In this document: positions 12,336 to 25,488 of the stretch, one piece after another | How positions within the stretch are numbered: position 1 is the first letter of the stretch | Layout of the letters: every line of letters starts with the position of its first letter | Origin: Octopus sinensis | Taxonomy: Eukaryota | Assembly: GCF_006345805.1 (NCBI RefSeq) | Contig: NC_043016.1 | Location: 6,200,001-6,264,000 of the forward strand | Direction of reading: 5' to 3' | Length of the DNA: 64,000 nucleotides | Notes under the pieces: model-generated | The model's input: the letters and a program-made list of their open reading frames with translations, nothing else | Database searches by the model: none | What the model was told of the DNA's origin: nothing | Made by a program: the position numbers and the translations under genes

Positions 12336-12599
12336 AAAAGTAAGGCATTGAACAATACACCTGTGAGAGAGGGCTAGATAACGGAAAGGTAGCAGTTAAC
12401 ACTTCAAAACTTATGCCTTGTTTGCAATTATTATAAACTAGCTTCCATTTGAAAATCAAACTAAAATGAAGCATAAAGAACATCTGGGATTAAATGTTCA
12501 TCAAACAAATCAACAAATCACAAGGCCATAATTATAATAATAAACTATGGCCTAATAAAATCACAAAGCCATAGTTTGAACTTTAGTAGATGTACTAAG

Positions 12600-13660
12600 A
12601 CTAGAAATCTATCCAAAGATGAAGAACTTTACAAGCATTAAATTGTTAATGCTAGAGTTCCATGTATGTAAAATAGTGATCACTAAGGAAACTAAGAAGG
12701 TTCATCCCTCTGAAATTTGACACTAAGGATTGTGAGGTTGTACAAGTCGTGTATGGATGTGCAGTCAGCAAGGTGAGAATCAAAAAGTCAGCAATGACTA
12801 ATAAGCCAGTTCAGTTCTCAGCAAATAAGTTTAAACTTAGCTAGCCATGGGAATACCTGTGCCGACAATCTGGTTTTCATAGTAGAAGCTGTATAATATT
12901 TGGAGAAATTTCAGATGTGAAAGCAAAACCTGGTATTGAAAGATTAAAAAAAGTCTAAGTATTAATAAGTTGGAGAGAAGACAAGACCTTAATACCATCA
13001 ATGAAATGGCTGAGCCTAGTATACAGAAAAGGACATAGAAATTCCATAGAATGTACCCAGTGTAAACTATGGACACACATCAAGTGTAGTTGGATCAGAG
13101 GGCAAACCAGTAAAAAAGGCAGAATTCACATGCAACAGATGAATAAGGGGCAATAAGAACTAAGAACATTTGAGAAATAGATTCTCTCAAATGCTTGAGA
13201 AGCTCCTTTGAATTAGTTGATAGTGTATATTACCTAGGTGGCCTAATTAGTAGTTGGAATGGGTTCTCTTAAAAGCACATTATCCAAAAGTAAGAAGAGG
13301 TTGGAAAAGTTAAGGGTGATATTATCTTTATTGGCAACTAAAGCCTTCTCCTTCAGAATGAACATGATATTGTATAATGCTTATGCTTGAAGCGCAATAT
13401 GCATTGTAGTAAAACAAAGCCTTCAATACAAAGAATTTTCAAAGACTAGAAAGAAAAAGAAGCAAGCGTGCTTTGTTGGAATGTTAATGGGTGCAAATGA
13501 AATGAGAGATCTCGATATAAGATAATAGATGTAGTATGCAAGAGAGAAGACTACAATGGTGCAGATATGCGATGTGTTTGGATGATATCAGGCACATAAA
13601 AGAAGCACCAAGTGTTGAAAATGAATGGAACTTGCCAAAGAAGCAAACCAAGGAAGACTT
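12600..13660 (+). mobile_element. heavily decayed RTE-type LINE (RT to C-terminus)
   Basis: Remnants resembling QGSVLS, CTQCKLWTH-KCS, VDSxYYLGxLIS and GTCxRxxPRKT; the latter region parallels the RTE 3' copy at 60863. Confidence 0.5.
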
Positions 13661-16002
13661 ACATCTATATCTGTACCCTCCTTCCATTTCGTTCTTGCTA
13701 AGTCTATTTGCCACCTTTCTTGGTGATTCAATACCCTATCATCTTTTATCACCTCTCTCTCTCTCTCCTAGTCACTGCACAATACCATCCCATGACACCC
13801 TCAACAATGACCATTTTTATGACAGCCCCTCATGTCTCTCTCTCTCTCACTTAAAAACTAATGTATAGCCATTGCTAGGGTCTCCTCCTCTCATACATCA
13901 TCCTATCAGCCTCTCCCCCCACCCCGCTTCAGGTCACTCTTTTATTGAAATCCATATACTCCCTTACCAGCTAACATTACTCCCTCTTCTATACTGCCAA
14001 CTGCCACTCTCTGGCCACAGATCATTTCTTCAACACTTCACCCCCACCTCTGAAACATACAGCTACCATTACTGTCACATTACAATCTGCCTTCTGTTGT
14101 TACTCCTCCAACACTGTCGTTCCCAATTCTTCCTTCTCTTCTACACCATCACCTCAAGCACCACCTCTCTTCAAACCCTTTGTATTTTCTCCCTTCAGAC
14201 ATAGTCAACATGCCTCTCTTCCTAGTCACATTGCTATGAATGAATGGAGACACCATTACACAATAAGAATTCTGTCTTGCAGAGCACAAAGCAACCACAC
14301 AAATACTTGTAGTAAAATAAGTGAACCAAATATATTTTGTAGTCATTTTAGTTTCATTGTGTAAATAACACAAGTTTCTTTGGTACTGGCAGCACAATAA
14401 AATGCACTCACAAATGTTAAGTGGCTGGTGTTAAGAAGGGAAACCACACCAAAATATGCAAATGATGTGTGGTCACCAACCATACCAAGAAGGGAAGTAA
14501 CTCTAAATAAGAATCGATTTAGACTGTGATAACCCATACAAACCATGCCAGTATGAAAATGAAAGTGTACGGTAATATTAACAGTTATGATGAGGTATCA
14601 AAATATCTAAAAAGTCCCATTAAAACAATAAAAAAAGAAAATGAATGAAACAAAACTAATTCACAAAAGACAAATAACAGCATTAAGCTTCATCTTTATC
14701 CCAACAGCAAGTTGTAAACAGGTGGATGGCCAGATTAATTATGCATTGCCTTTCTAAATGCAGCTCTCGAAGTATAAACGTGAATCTTTGAGTTGAATAT
14801 AGAATGTGTGTGTTGATAATGAAAATACAAAAAGATACAAATTTCAGTGAACAATATTGTGAGATTTTCTAACTACCACGTGCACACACAAAAAAAAAAA
14901 GCTAAATGTACAAGAATCAGTAGTTGACATATAAATGAGGGTGGGGTGGGGGTGATAAGCTAGTGAACTGCCTTAGAGTTGAAATTTGTAAACTGTATGT
15001 TATCTTGCAGAAATAACACTTCTGTGGTAATGACTGTGTTAGCATCCTAAACAAAAAAAAAAATCAGGATTTAGGAAATTACGATGACCACCACTATCGC
15101 TTTCTTTTACATGCTAAACATTAAATGAAATGAAGTAAACCCAACAATAGTCGTTAGTGTCATCACCATCATTTAATGATGATATCATATCTGATTAAAT
15201 TATCTAATACTTGGTTTGATAACAATTCTGTATTTTGAACCTGGCAAATTAAATTGAGGTGTTCATTGATAAGTAACAAATTGTTAAGTAACAAATCTAA
15301 CTTATCAGATACATCTAAAGGTGTAAGATAAACCAGGGGAAAACAGTAAGCCAGTTTCTTGTGCTTTCAGACATTCCTTGTAGTCCTAGGCTAATCATGA
15401 AAGTTCATATTTACACCGTTTCTTACAATGTAAAGTTATAATCTAAAGTTAATCTAAAAGCAGATTATGGAAACCCAATGACATTTTGGTCTTAAATTTT
15501 TGGTATAAAACATTTCAGGAGTTACGTAAAATTCATGATGATCTTACTAGATAATGTCTGGACATCCCAAACCGATTACAATATTACTAAGACAGATAAA
15601 ACGCAAACGTGAAACAGGCTGTGTGCCCAGTTTCAGCACACAAAATGAAATAATGGGAAATATATTTTATCTTTGTATAACTAGGATAAAATGTATGGAC
15701 TCTTTAGTGTTAAGATTACAGTCAAATGTAAAGCTTATTTACATTGATTTGAATGAACCATATATAATCTTGAAGCTATGAGATTTTGATATGGTTATTT
15801 ATTTTTAGAATGACATTGTAGGGTAGTACACCTACAGAGGCCAAATCTGGCCAGTTTTAACATAAAAGACAAAATATTTGAGGCTGAAATGGCCATTTCA
15901 AATTATTGTGGATAAAATGTTTAAAACAATATAATAGCCATATACTAAAACTGCAAATATTTGGTGTATTTTTCTAGAAATGAAAGGAAAATCATATCTT
16001 AC

Positions 16003-16793
16003 TGAGGAGTCCAATTCCAATGTTTCATCTTCATCATCACTGTCCAAAGATTTTGCTTTTAAAAACTGAACAAGTTGTAATGGAGGACGTTTCTTCCAAT
16101 GGTGGAAATCCATAATATTCCCACTACCATTTAAAAAATAACATTCTGTCCAATGTTCAGAATAGTTTTCTTTTAATTCAGCCATTTCTTTAAGTTTATG
16201 GCTTATAATTTTTTTCCTATATGCAGCTATTTCCGGTGTACTAGGAGGCTTCTCTTCCAGTTTAATCCGTTTTCTAGGTGGTGCAACTGTTGTAGATGTT
16301 GATGCCGACGTACTAAGTGAGAAGTTGCCAGCACTTGAAGTGAGCACTTGTGAAGAGTCTAGAGATGAGCAAGTAATTGAGGTTACACTAGCATCTGTTG
16401 TTACAGCGACATTTGCTCCCGAACTTGTGCCACATGGCAGCCTTTGAGTGAATCGATGAGTTGGTAAACTCATTCCAAACACAGGCTGAGGTTGTTGATG
16501 GTTAGCTACATTAACAGAAAGTGGTGGTATACCACTCCCAGATACACTCAACTGACATTGCTGCCCATGGTGATGAATAGTTCCAGACATATTTGGTTGT
16601 GCTTGCGTTTGTAAACGAGCAGCTGAAGATGCAATTGAAAGCACCTGCTGGATTGCATTTGCATCCTGTATTGACAAAGTTGAATGACTAGCAAGTGTAC
16701 TGGGCTGTGTAACTACAACTGTTGCTGCTGCAGCTGCTTGGAGTGGAGTCTGGGGCTGTGGTGATCTTTGTATTGAAACAGGAGAAAACATTT
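16003..16793 (-). CDS. dom: domino large N-terminal coding exon
   Basis: tttgtttcag|AA ATG...TCA|gtaaga; 791 nt, phase 1-0 (ORF 15898..16791). Contains KEMAELKENYSEHWTECYFLNGSGNIMDFHHWKKRPPLQLVQFLK, resembling the conserved domino/EP400 N-terminal block. Confidence 0.9.
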
Positions 16794-17211
16794 CTGAAAC
16801 AAAAATATAAATCCATTAGCAAAACACAGAAACAAGGACAGAAAACAAATTTAGATTCATTTATTAAAATTAATGTAAAAAATAAACCCATTTTATTTAT
16901 TCAAATATATTATTACATCAATATGGATATTTCAAGTAATCAAAAATCTAAGAAATTAATGAATGCTTGAATTTATAACCCAAATCAATCTTAATCACTT
17001 TCAGGAAAACTGACCAAGTATGATTAAAAATTTCCTATCCATGTTCATTACATTTTGAGGATTTGAACCATGTGTATTGATTTTAACAGTCCTGGTTTAT
17101 ATAAGTCCCTATGTAGTACTTGCATAAACATACATTTGTTTTAACACTAACTCCCTATTCTAATAACACCCCTTTTTCCTTATTTCATATGATCTCACCT
17201 ACCTATATATC

Positions 17212-17541
17212 ATGACAACGAAGGTTCCAGTTGATTCAATCAACAGAACAGCCTGCTCGTGAAATTAACGTGCAAGTGGCTGAGCACTCCACAAATACGT
17301 GTACCCTTAACGCAGTTCTTGGGGAGATTCAGCATGACACAGTGTGACAAGGTTGGCCCTTAGAAATACAGGTACAACAGAAACAGGAAGAAAGAGAGAA
17401 AGTTGTGGTGAAAGAGTACAGCAGGGTTTGCCACAACTCGCTGCCAGAGCCTCATGGAGCTTTAGGCGTTTTCGCTCAATAAACACAACGCCTGGTCTGG
17501 GAATTGAAACCGCGAGTCTGCTGCCTTAATCACTGAGCCAT
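17212..17541 (-). mobile_element. tRNA-derived SINE, near full length
   Basis: A-box-like and B-box-like head (ggctcagtgattaagg, ggtttcaattccc); colinear reverse complement of 27897-28249. Confidence 0.85.
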
Positions 17542-17628
17542 AGATGACAACTCCCATTATATCTAATATTTTAGCTGTAACCTTTCTTACCATGCTATAT
17601 CTATACTGAAAGTGTAGAGTTTACTCAC

Positions 17629-17800
17629 CAATTGCCTGCCTATCTGGCTCAGCTTCATGTGGTGTAAGCACATAATGCTGTAAAACACTCTGCTTGAACC
17701 CAGCAGAAGAGTTTTGCTGCTGCTGCTGCTGGGATGCCAGGCCCGATACATTTGCAACTGTTTTCTTCAAGGCATTGCTGACATCATTGTCCCTCTGCAT
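17629..17800 (-). CDS. dom: domino first coding exon (exon spans 17629-17823; ATG at 17800)
   Basis: ttttttgtag|TCG...ACT ATG CAG...ATT G|gtgagt. MQRDNDVSNALKKTVANVSGLASQQQQQQ... Phase 1 out matches the next exon. A at -3; an in-frame TAA lies in the putative upstream exon. Confidence 0.82.
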
Positions 17801-19538
17801 AGTACCAAGCTGGGATGTTTCGACTACAAAAAAGGAAAATAGATATCATTTAAGACTACAGAAAAACAGAAATAGAAGGAAATCAAAGAATGTCTAACAA
17901 TCGAGTACCTGAAGTATTGAACTAACATTGGTTCATTTGTATCTAAATTAAAATATTTGATTGAATTTTTATTTATGAAGTCTCTCACTTGGAAAATATT
18001 TATCAGTTTTTGGTATTTACATTTAAATATTTAAAATTTGTTAGTTTCACTTCTATCTATACCACACAATTTTTTCCCCATAATTCACACAAAATCCACT
18101 TTCTTTAGTGCGAAATGAATAAGTGAGAGGAGGGCCTTTCACTTCCCTGAACAATTTTTAAAGGGAATTATGATAGTAAAACAGTGTTGTATTGTGGAAC
18201 ACAATAATATATTAAGAGAAAAGACTCATTCTGAGTATTTAATACCAAAACATTTGAAGAAAAATTAAAACGCAAAAAGAGAAATTATTAATTTTCTTCT
18301 GCAGTTAAGAGTTCTCGATTTTTTAGGAATTAAAAGTTACTTTGTAAATAACTCGATGAACAAGTAACAACAAAAACAACAACAACAAAAAATCTAAAGA
18401 ATCATAAGTAAATTTTGAAAATTTAAAGAATGAAAAGTTGTGTTTTTGTAATTTATGTCTTGACAAGTGTATTTTTTCACTAATTCTGGAAGAGATTTAG
18501 CATTATCTAAATTTTATCAACTACAAAATAGTCGTTATAAAAATGATACAAACACAAACGAAACGAAAGTTTATTAGGATGCGAAATATAAATACTATGG
18601 ATATTATAATTACTACTAATCAGTTAAGAGTAAATCACTTAGAGACTTTAATATCAATATCAACACCAGAGCCGCAGAAACTTAGCTACAAAAATAACTG
18701 ATAAATCTCCCTCCTCAAAATACCCTAGCTTCTTAACAAGGAAGGACACGAAAGAATGTAATCCTAGATACACTATGTCCGAAGAAATGGCTAATAACGG
18801 ATAGGTCTTTAATTATATATATTTACTCAAATCACGTCATTTAAATATTTAACATTTCGACTACAAAAATGTATGGCATACTTAAAACAGCCTCGTGTAG
18901 AGTTCCTGTCTCGTCTGCAATGTGCGTGCTATGTGTGATTTTAATAATCTATTTGAAATCGGCAGCAAATAAGGAAGAAAGATCCACATAAAACTAACCC
19001 GACAACCTTATTTTATACACTGGGATTAATTTATCTTTAAAAAAAAAAAAGATATCAGAATTTATCAGTCTAGGTAGTGTCTTTCATGTATGGGAAATTG
19101 CTGGATTCACTGCCGTTTAGTATTACATAAACGTTTTGTAGTTAAGGGTGGTGAAGGAAACATCATAAATGAATGAAATACACTTCAATGTAAACCTCAC
19201 CAATAAGTAAACATACAACATAAATAAAGTACTACAGGATGTTGGGCATTCGTTTTATTAACGTCACAGAAAAATTAATTCAGCTACGAACAAAATATAA
19301 CAAGTCCAGTCGAAATATACCAAACATAACACATACAGTGAAAATGATTGAAATAAAATGAAAACTACATCGTAAATACACGCACTGAATGTAAAATGTA
19401 TGGTATACTTAAAACAGCCTCGTGTAGAGTTCCTGTCTCGACTGCAATGTGCGTGCTATGTGTGATTTTAATAATCTATTTGAAATCGGCAACAAATAAG
19501 GAAGAAAGATCCACATAAAACTAACCCGACAACCTTAC

Positions 19539-19800
19539 TTTATACACTGGGATTAAAATGGTTACTCTCATCCGAGAGTAACCCTAACTGAAGGCACCCG
19601 TAAATATTATAAATCAACCTGTTCTTGTTTTCTGGTGAGACCAGCAATATAAATGTTTCTTCGGCAATCTTCGCCGTTTCTTCTCTCACACACAGACACA
19701 CAGATATATATATATATACACACACACATATACACAAAAGATCGAGAGTGATGGAACAAAGTGCGCTCGCTAACTGAAAAGAAGCTGACGAAAGGGGAAA
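19539..19800 (-). other. dom: putative non-coding first exon / 5' UTR of domino (TSS position approximate)
   Basis: Strong donor AA|gtaagg at 19538. The sequence is CpG-retaining compared with the CpG-poor gene body and carries (GA)n and (CA)n tracts. Confidence 0.55.
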
Positions 19801-22623
19801 ACGTGAACCAACCTGCTAAACAGCGAGACTCTCTCTCTCTCTCTCTCACCACATAAAAAAACACGAACTAATTAATGTCGGCACCAACCGTATTTACAAA
19901 CTGCAAATACAAATCCTGTTCAGCAATCTAAGAAATTACATTACAAATACACGATGTATAAATAAAACCTTTAAATGAAATCTAAAAAATTAATATACGC
20001 AAAACCTCGGAGTAACGATGGCGTAAAATTTCAATTTATATTATTAGCTTTTACGCTATCGATTACTCTTAACCATGTTATATTACTACTGTGAATGCGC
20101 AAGTATGTGACACAGATGCACGTATACATACACATAAGCATATATAGATACATATGTACACAACCTTTGAATGTCACATCCATATCCCTTCGATAATCTG
20201 ATGCATGCACCAATAAACATTCATAGGTTGTGTGTAGAAAGAGAGAGAGATTAATTTCATATTGTTATACACTGTAAATCATTTTCTAACAAAGACCAAA
20301 GCTACTATCGGTAATTTGATCCCAAACTTGGCTGGTAGTTTATTTTATATCAATCGACCCCAGAAAGACAAATGACAAAGCTTAATTAGTTTGGAATTCA
20401 TTTTGTTCGACATCAAACGACCGGCCTATAAAATGCCGCCGTATTACTAAGCTTATAAAGAACTAGATTATTTCTAATTTACAAGCTGCAAGTTTACACA
20501 TAAAAATATATTCAATGTCCGCTAATATACAATTTGAATTCTTCGTACACAGCCCTAAATTTCGACGAGAACAAACTTAAATGTTTCATATGTAAATTAA
20601 AATGAGGAGGAGAATGAGTAGGTGGCATTATTTGCATCAAAGACAAGTTTGGGGTATTTATTTTGTAATTGCAATTAAATTATACATTAATTGAAGTGAC
20701 GAGATTCCTGTAAAATACATTTCATTTTCGCTCCTTCTACTTTATCAATGAAGGTCAAGGTGTTTGGTTAATTTTCTCATTAAAGTATCTATACTGTACT
20801 GAAGCACATACGCACAATAAAAGTATTACACACACACACACAGTTCTTGAGTCTTAAATAAGATAGACCAAGTCACGTGGTTTGCACCAACAACCTACTT
20901 CTCTCTCTGGTTCTACCCTATCACATTTTGATGGTATAATATTCACCAATTGATTACACTAATCCGAAGCGCAAATCAGTGGCTGAGAGGGTGACTTCAT
21001 AAACCTTTCGCTAATATATCTAGCGGTTGAAGCTAACGATAACCCATTGTTGATATAAGACAAAAAAAAAATAGTGTAATATTGTGGGGTGGAGTGTCAA
21101 GACAAAGAAATAATTGCTGATAAACTGTAATATTTCTGCGAATGATATACAAGTGTGTAAGTATTTTTACGCGCGCATATATGTATACACAAACATCACG
21201 CGCATGCATTCTAACACGTACATACATTCATTGAATGTCACATCACAACCCTTCGACAACATCGGTCCGACCGTTGACCAACTCTGCATGGATAGGGTCA
21301 AAACATCATACGACTTGGACTTCTCACAAAAAATTTCCTGACTAATGTTCAAGGTGAGTTGCACAACTATACTATACAGGTCCTTCAGAAAAGTTGTATA
21401 AGGATCAAGCACAGTTTTATTCTCAAAAATCTTTTCCAATTGACAGCAAACATCAATTACTACGTGATGGCTCTCATTCTGAAAACTATACTTTTGCAAC
21501 ACAAAGAAATAATCACAAAATACCTGGTTCGCAGAAGGAACAGGGTGTAGATAAACTACCCAAATGCAGCAAACCTACTGAAGATCTCGCCCACACAAAA
21601 ATATCCTAATCGTATTACCTACCTATATACTATGATGTTGCAACTAAATCATTATATAATTAACGAAACCTGCAAAAAGGATAAACTTGAGGAGTCATGT
21701 AGGAAGGTACAATGGTGTGGTGAACCTAACCAGAGTACTGATAGAATGTGTCTGTCAAGACATCAATAAAATGTAAACCTAACTATACATAACGATCTCG
21801 GACAGTAGAAAGAAACTAGAAGCACAGTAGTTGAACAACAGATGTGACAATGAATATATCTATACAACTGGACTATCGAGAAAACTGCAGTAATGCCACC
21901 GGACATTATAGTTTTATATTTCTACCAATAATTGTAGACTGCATGACTTACTGCCTCAGTACCAAAGTTTGAGAAACTAGGATTCACAAAACAAGAGAGG
22001 AAGGACCAAATAAGTGTGAAAATGCACAGGCATATCCATACATAATGTCTTAATCCCAATAAAATTTTTCTAGGCTCCAAATCGGTTCTTTCTATGTTGG
22101 TGAGAAATTGAAAATATATATGGAACACACAAGCGCGTGTGTGTAGACAAGTCAAAAATAAAAAAAGGCAATTCGACATACACAGTAAATATGCATTTGA
22201 TTGAAGCTCAGTGAAAGTTTAAGATGGGAAAATAGGAGTGGAAATACACACACAAACGGGTATCGGCTGTATGGTTTTTAGATCTCTTCCCAACAACGTG
22301 TTTCCTTTTAGCTCCTTACTTAAGCTACACTAGCTCTGAGCCAACAAATGCTTGGAGAGTGACTCAGACAAACAGGAGCCGATCGTGTGTGTAAATGTTT
22401 GCATGCAGTGATTCACGACGGTAAGTGTTGAGCTGGAAATTGTGCTTTTTGTCAATATTCCGTGTCAAATCATCCACTCGATTTTCTAAAACAGCGGATT
22501 GCAAGAAAAAATACCTTTAAACAGATTAAGAGTGAGTAATGGGAAGAGCATCGAACTGTGAAACAATGCCTCAATGATATTCATTAATCTAACCCATAAC
22601 AGCATGGAAAAACAGACGTAAAA

Positions 22624-22664
<41 letters not shown>

Positions 22665-23241
22665 CACACAAACACCTACCTATATACATATACTTTTATT
22701 GGGTTCAGTTACTGGACTGCAGCAATACAGTACATTACCTTGAAGAATATATCTCAGTACTTATGTTAAATATGCTACATTTTGGGGGGTTTTTAAGTGG
22801 ACAGATGGTGGTACTATTGACTCCACATGGTATCTAAGGATGGTGGAAAGGAGGGGAAAGGGCATCATGAAACTAGAAACTGAGCCTAAATGCTTACAAA
22901 CAGAGCAGGTCCTTCTAAAGATAAAGGTGTTAGACGTTAGTGTTAAACTGGGCAATGGGTTAAGTACACCAGACGTGTGGGTCTTGGCAGGATTTGAAAT
23001 CAGAATGCAAAGAGCTGAAACATATACAAGAGATACTGTCTGAGATTCTTCTAAGTTCCACCTGTCCACTGCAAAGGTACATTGTGGACTCCTGAATGAA
23101 AAAGTTGACCATGGCAAGATTTGAACACAGAGACGACCACAAAATATTGTCTTGTGCTCTAACAACTCTGCAAATTCATGACCCTAATACACACATATAC
23201 ATGTGTGTGTGTATACACAAAAATATAAACATGCATGCGTA

Positions 23242-23279
<38 letters not shown>

Positions 23280-23280
23280 G

Positions 23281-23455
23281 GGAGAGTTTACAAAAAAAAC
23301 AAAAGACGAAGACAGGTGGTGTACAAAACAAACAGATGTATTAGTATAACGTTCAGGAATAGAAAGTCTTTTACATTTTGAGCCTATGCTCTTCTACAGA
23401 ATGGGACACAGAAAAAACGAGACGAAAAATGTGTATAGTGGCTAACGATCTATAT
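23281..23455 (-). mobile_element. solo Penelope-like terminal repeat
   Basis: Reverse-complement homology to 40640-40815, the 3' end of the PLE, including a decayed hammerhead-like motif. Confidence 0.7.
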
Positions 23456-23621
23456 ATCTCAAAATTAATCAGCCGAAATTGCGAGGATGATCCGGTTCTT
23501 GACTGAAGATTGAAGGCTTCGAATGTCCCATCCGTGTTTTTTGTATCGTCTTCTAAATGCTTTGCGTTCTTGTCTCAGTTTGTATTTTTTTACATTTACA
23601 TATATATATATATATGCATAC

Positions 23622-23653
<32 letters not shown>

Positions 23654-23673
23654 ATGTGTGTGTGTGTGTATGC

Positions 23674-23729
<56 letters not shown>

Positions 23730-24769
23730 TTTTATATAAATAAGCATATATTTGTATATTGCATGTGTTCTGTACTTTGGGAGGGTCTTTTATTAAAAAC
23801 GTCCAATAGTTTTAGACATGTTTCTTGTCACACTACTTTAGCTTTTATTGGTTTCCCAGTCTGCAACGATTTCTCCCCCACCCCACCCTCATCGTTTTCC
23901 TATTTTACCGGGTGTCATGTGTGTGATCAGGCATGCTTCTGTGTGGAGGGGATTACTGTTGAGCTTTCATACTGGCTTTACTTTGTATTGAAAATTATTT
24001 TTATTTGAAGCATGCCAGTTTTTGTCAGTGCTGCTATAAATATGAGTGAGAAACAAGAGGAGGAAAGAAAGATTTGAATTTTGATTAATCTAAATCCTTA
24101 TTCTTGTAATTACTATAATTGTAGAGCTTTACCTATTACCCTTATTCATTCCATTGAGCATACTTTTGGTTAATCTCCCTGCATGTGTATTATTTCTGTA
24201 ACCTGTTATAGTTTTGGATCTTCTAGATGTTTGGAAAGAATTCTTATATCAGTTCCAATGCATTTTTGAATACTACATTGGCAAAATATGCTGGCAGCCC
24301 CTTGGTTCCAAGGATACATCGTTGAAGCCATGAACTTTGTGAGCAACATAGGTGCTGCCACGAAAACCTATCATATAAGCACATAAAGGCCATATCAGAG
24401 TTGTCAATGGGTTCAGGGTGGTCTGGTTAACAGGCTTTCATTTATTTATTTATCTAGTTGACTACATATGCTGTAGGAATATATTAGCTGTATGTTTGAA
24501 TATATATACATGCACTTGTGTGTGTGTGTGTAAGAGAGAGAGAAAGATGGCTGTTGGTTTAACATGCATTTACACGAAAGGAATCCCAATAACATTAGAA
24601 TACCTATGGAAGTTTTATTAATAACAAAATTACAGATTTGTCACAAATATATGATGTTGACAGGATTTCATATATAAATTTTAATTCTGCATCAAGGGTT
24701 AGGGCTAATGGTACAACTGCTACCACCATTATTATCATCATCATAAACAGAATTAAAATTACTACTACA

Positions 24770-25075
24770 TGGCTGTACTCCAAACGTGGCCATTGCCAGC
24801 GCCGCCCTGACTGGCTTCCATGCCGGTGGCACGTAAAAAGCACTATCTGATCATGGCTGTTTGGCAGCTTTGTCTGGCACCTGTGCCAGTGAGACGTAAA
24901 AAGCACCCACTACAATCTTGGAGTGGTTGGCGTTAGGAAGGGCATCCAGCCATAGAAACATTGCCAGATCAGACTGGGCCTGGTGCAGCCTTCTGGCTTC
25001 CCAGACCCCAGTTGCACAGTCCAACCCATGCCAGCATGGAAAGCAGACAGTAAACGATGATGATGATGATGACTA
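24770..25075 (+). mobile_element. RTE 3'-UTR fragment ending in (GAT)n
   Basis: Colinear with 61430-61790. Confidence 0.8.
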
Positions 25076-25457
25076 CCACTACTATTAGAACTAGTTATCA
25101 CTAGTAATGATTTCTGACAAGCAAAAGGACACAATGGATCAGCTGATTAAATCAATCACAATCGGAAAAAAATATTACAAGGCATTGTAAATCATGCTCT
25201 AACGATTCTGCTAATCCACTCAGCACTTTCAGTTGCTACACCATCATTTTGAAAGAGACAATAATTCTCTAAGCACCACTGAGTAGAAGGAAGTGTATAA
25301 GCACAACACTACCACTTTATTACTACAATGGCTATATCTACTGTCAGAAATTTAAGTTTATTTCAACATCTGCAGGATTATGTGGATCTTAAGAGAATTA
25401 TCATCTTCAAAATTAATCCAGCATTCTTTTCTCTACACATAGATAGACACATTGTTT

Positions 25458-25488
<31 letters not shown>

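Noticed and set aside
17694-17897. Plus-strand Cys-rich ORF MNPAEEFCCCCCWD and other plus ORFs over domino exons
   Set aside because: Antisense shadow of the (CAG)n polyQ exon.
21250-21620. Coding-looking CpG-retaining segment
   Set aside because: Stops in all frames; faint resemblance to a LINE endonuclease HKxTW motif only.
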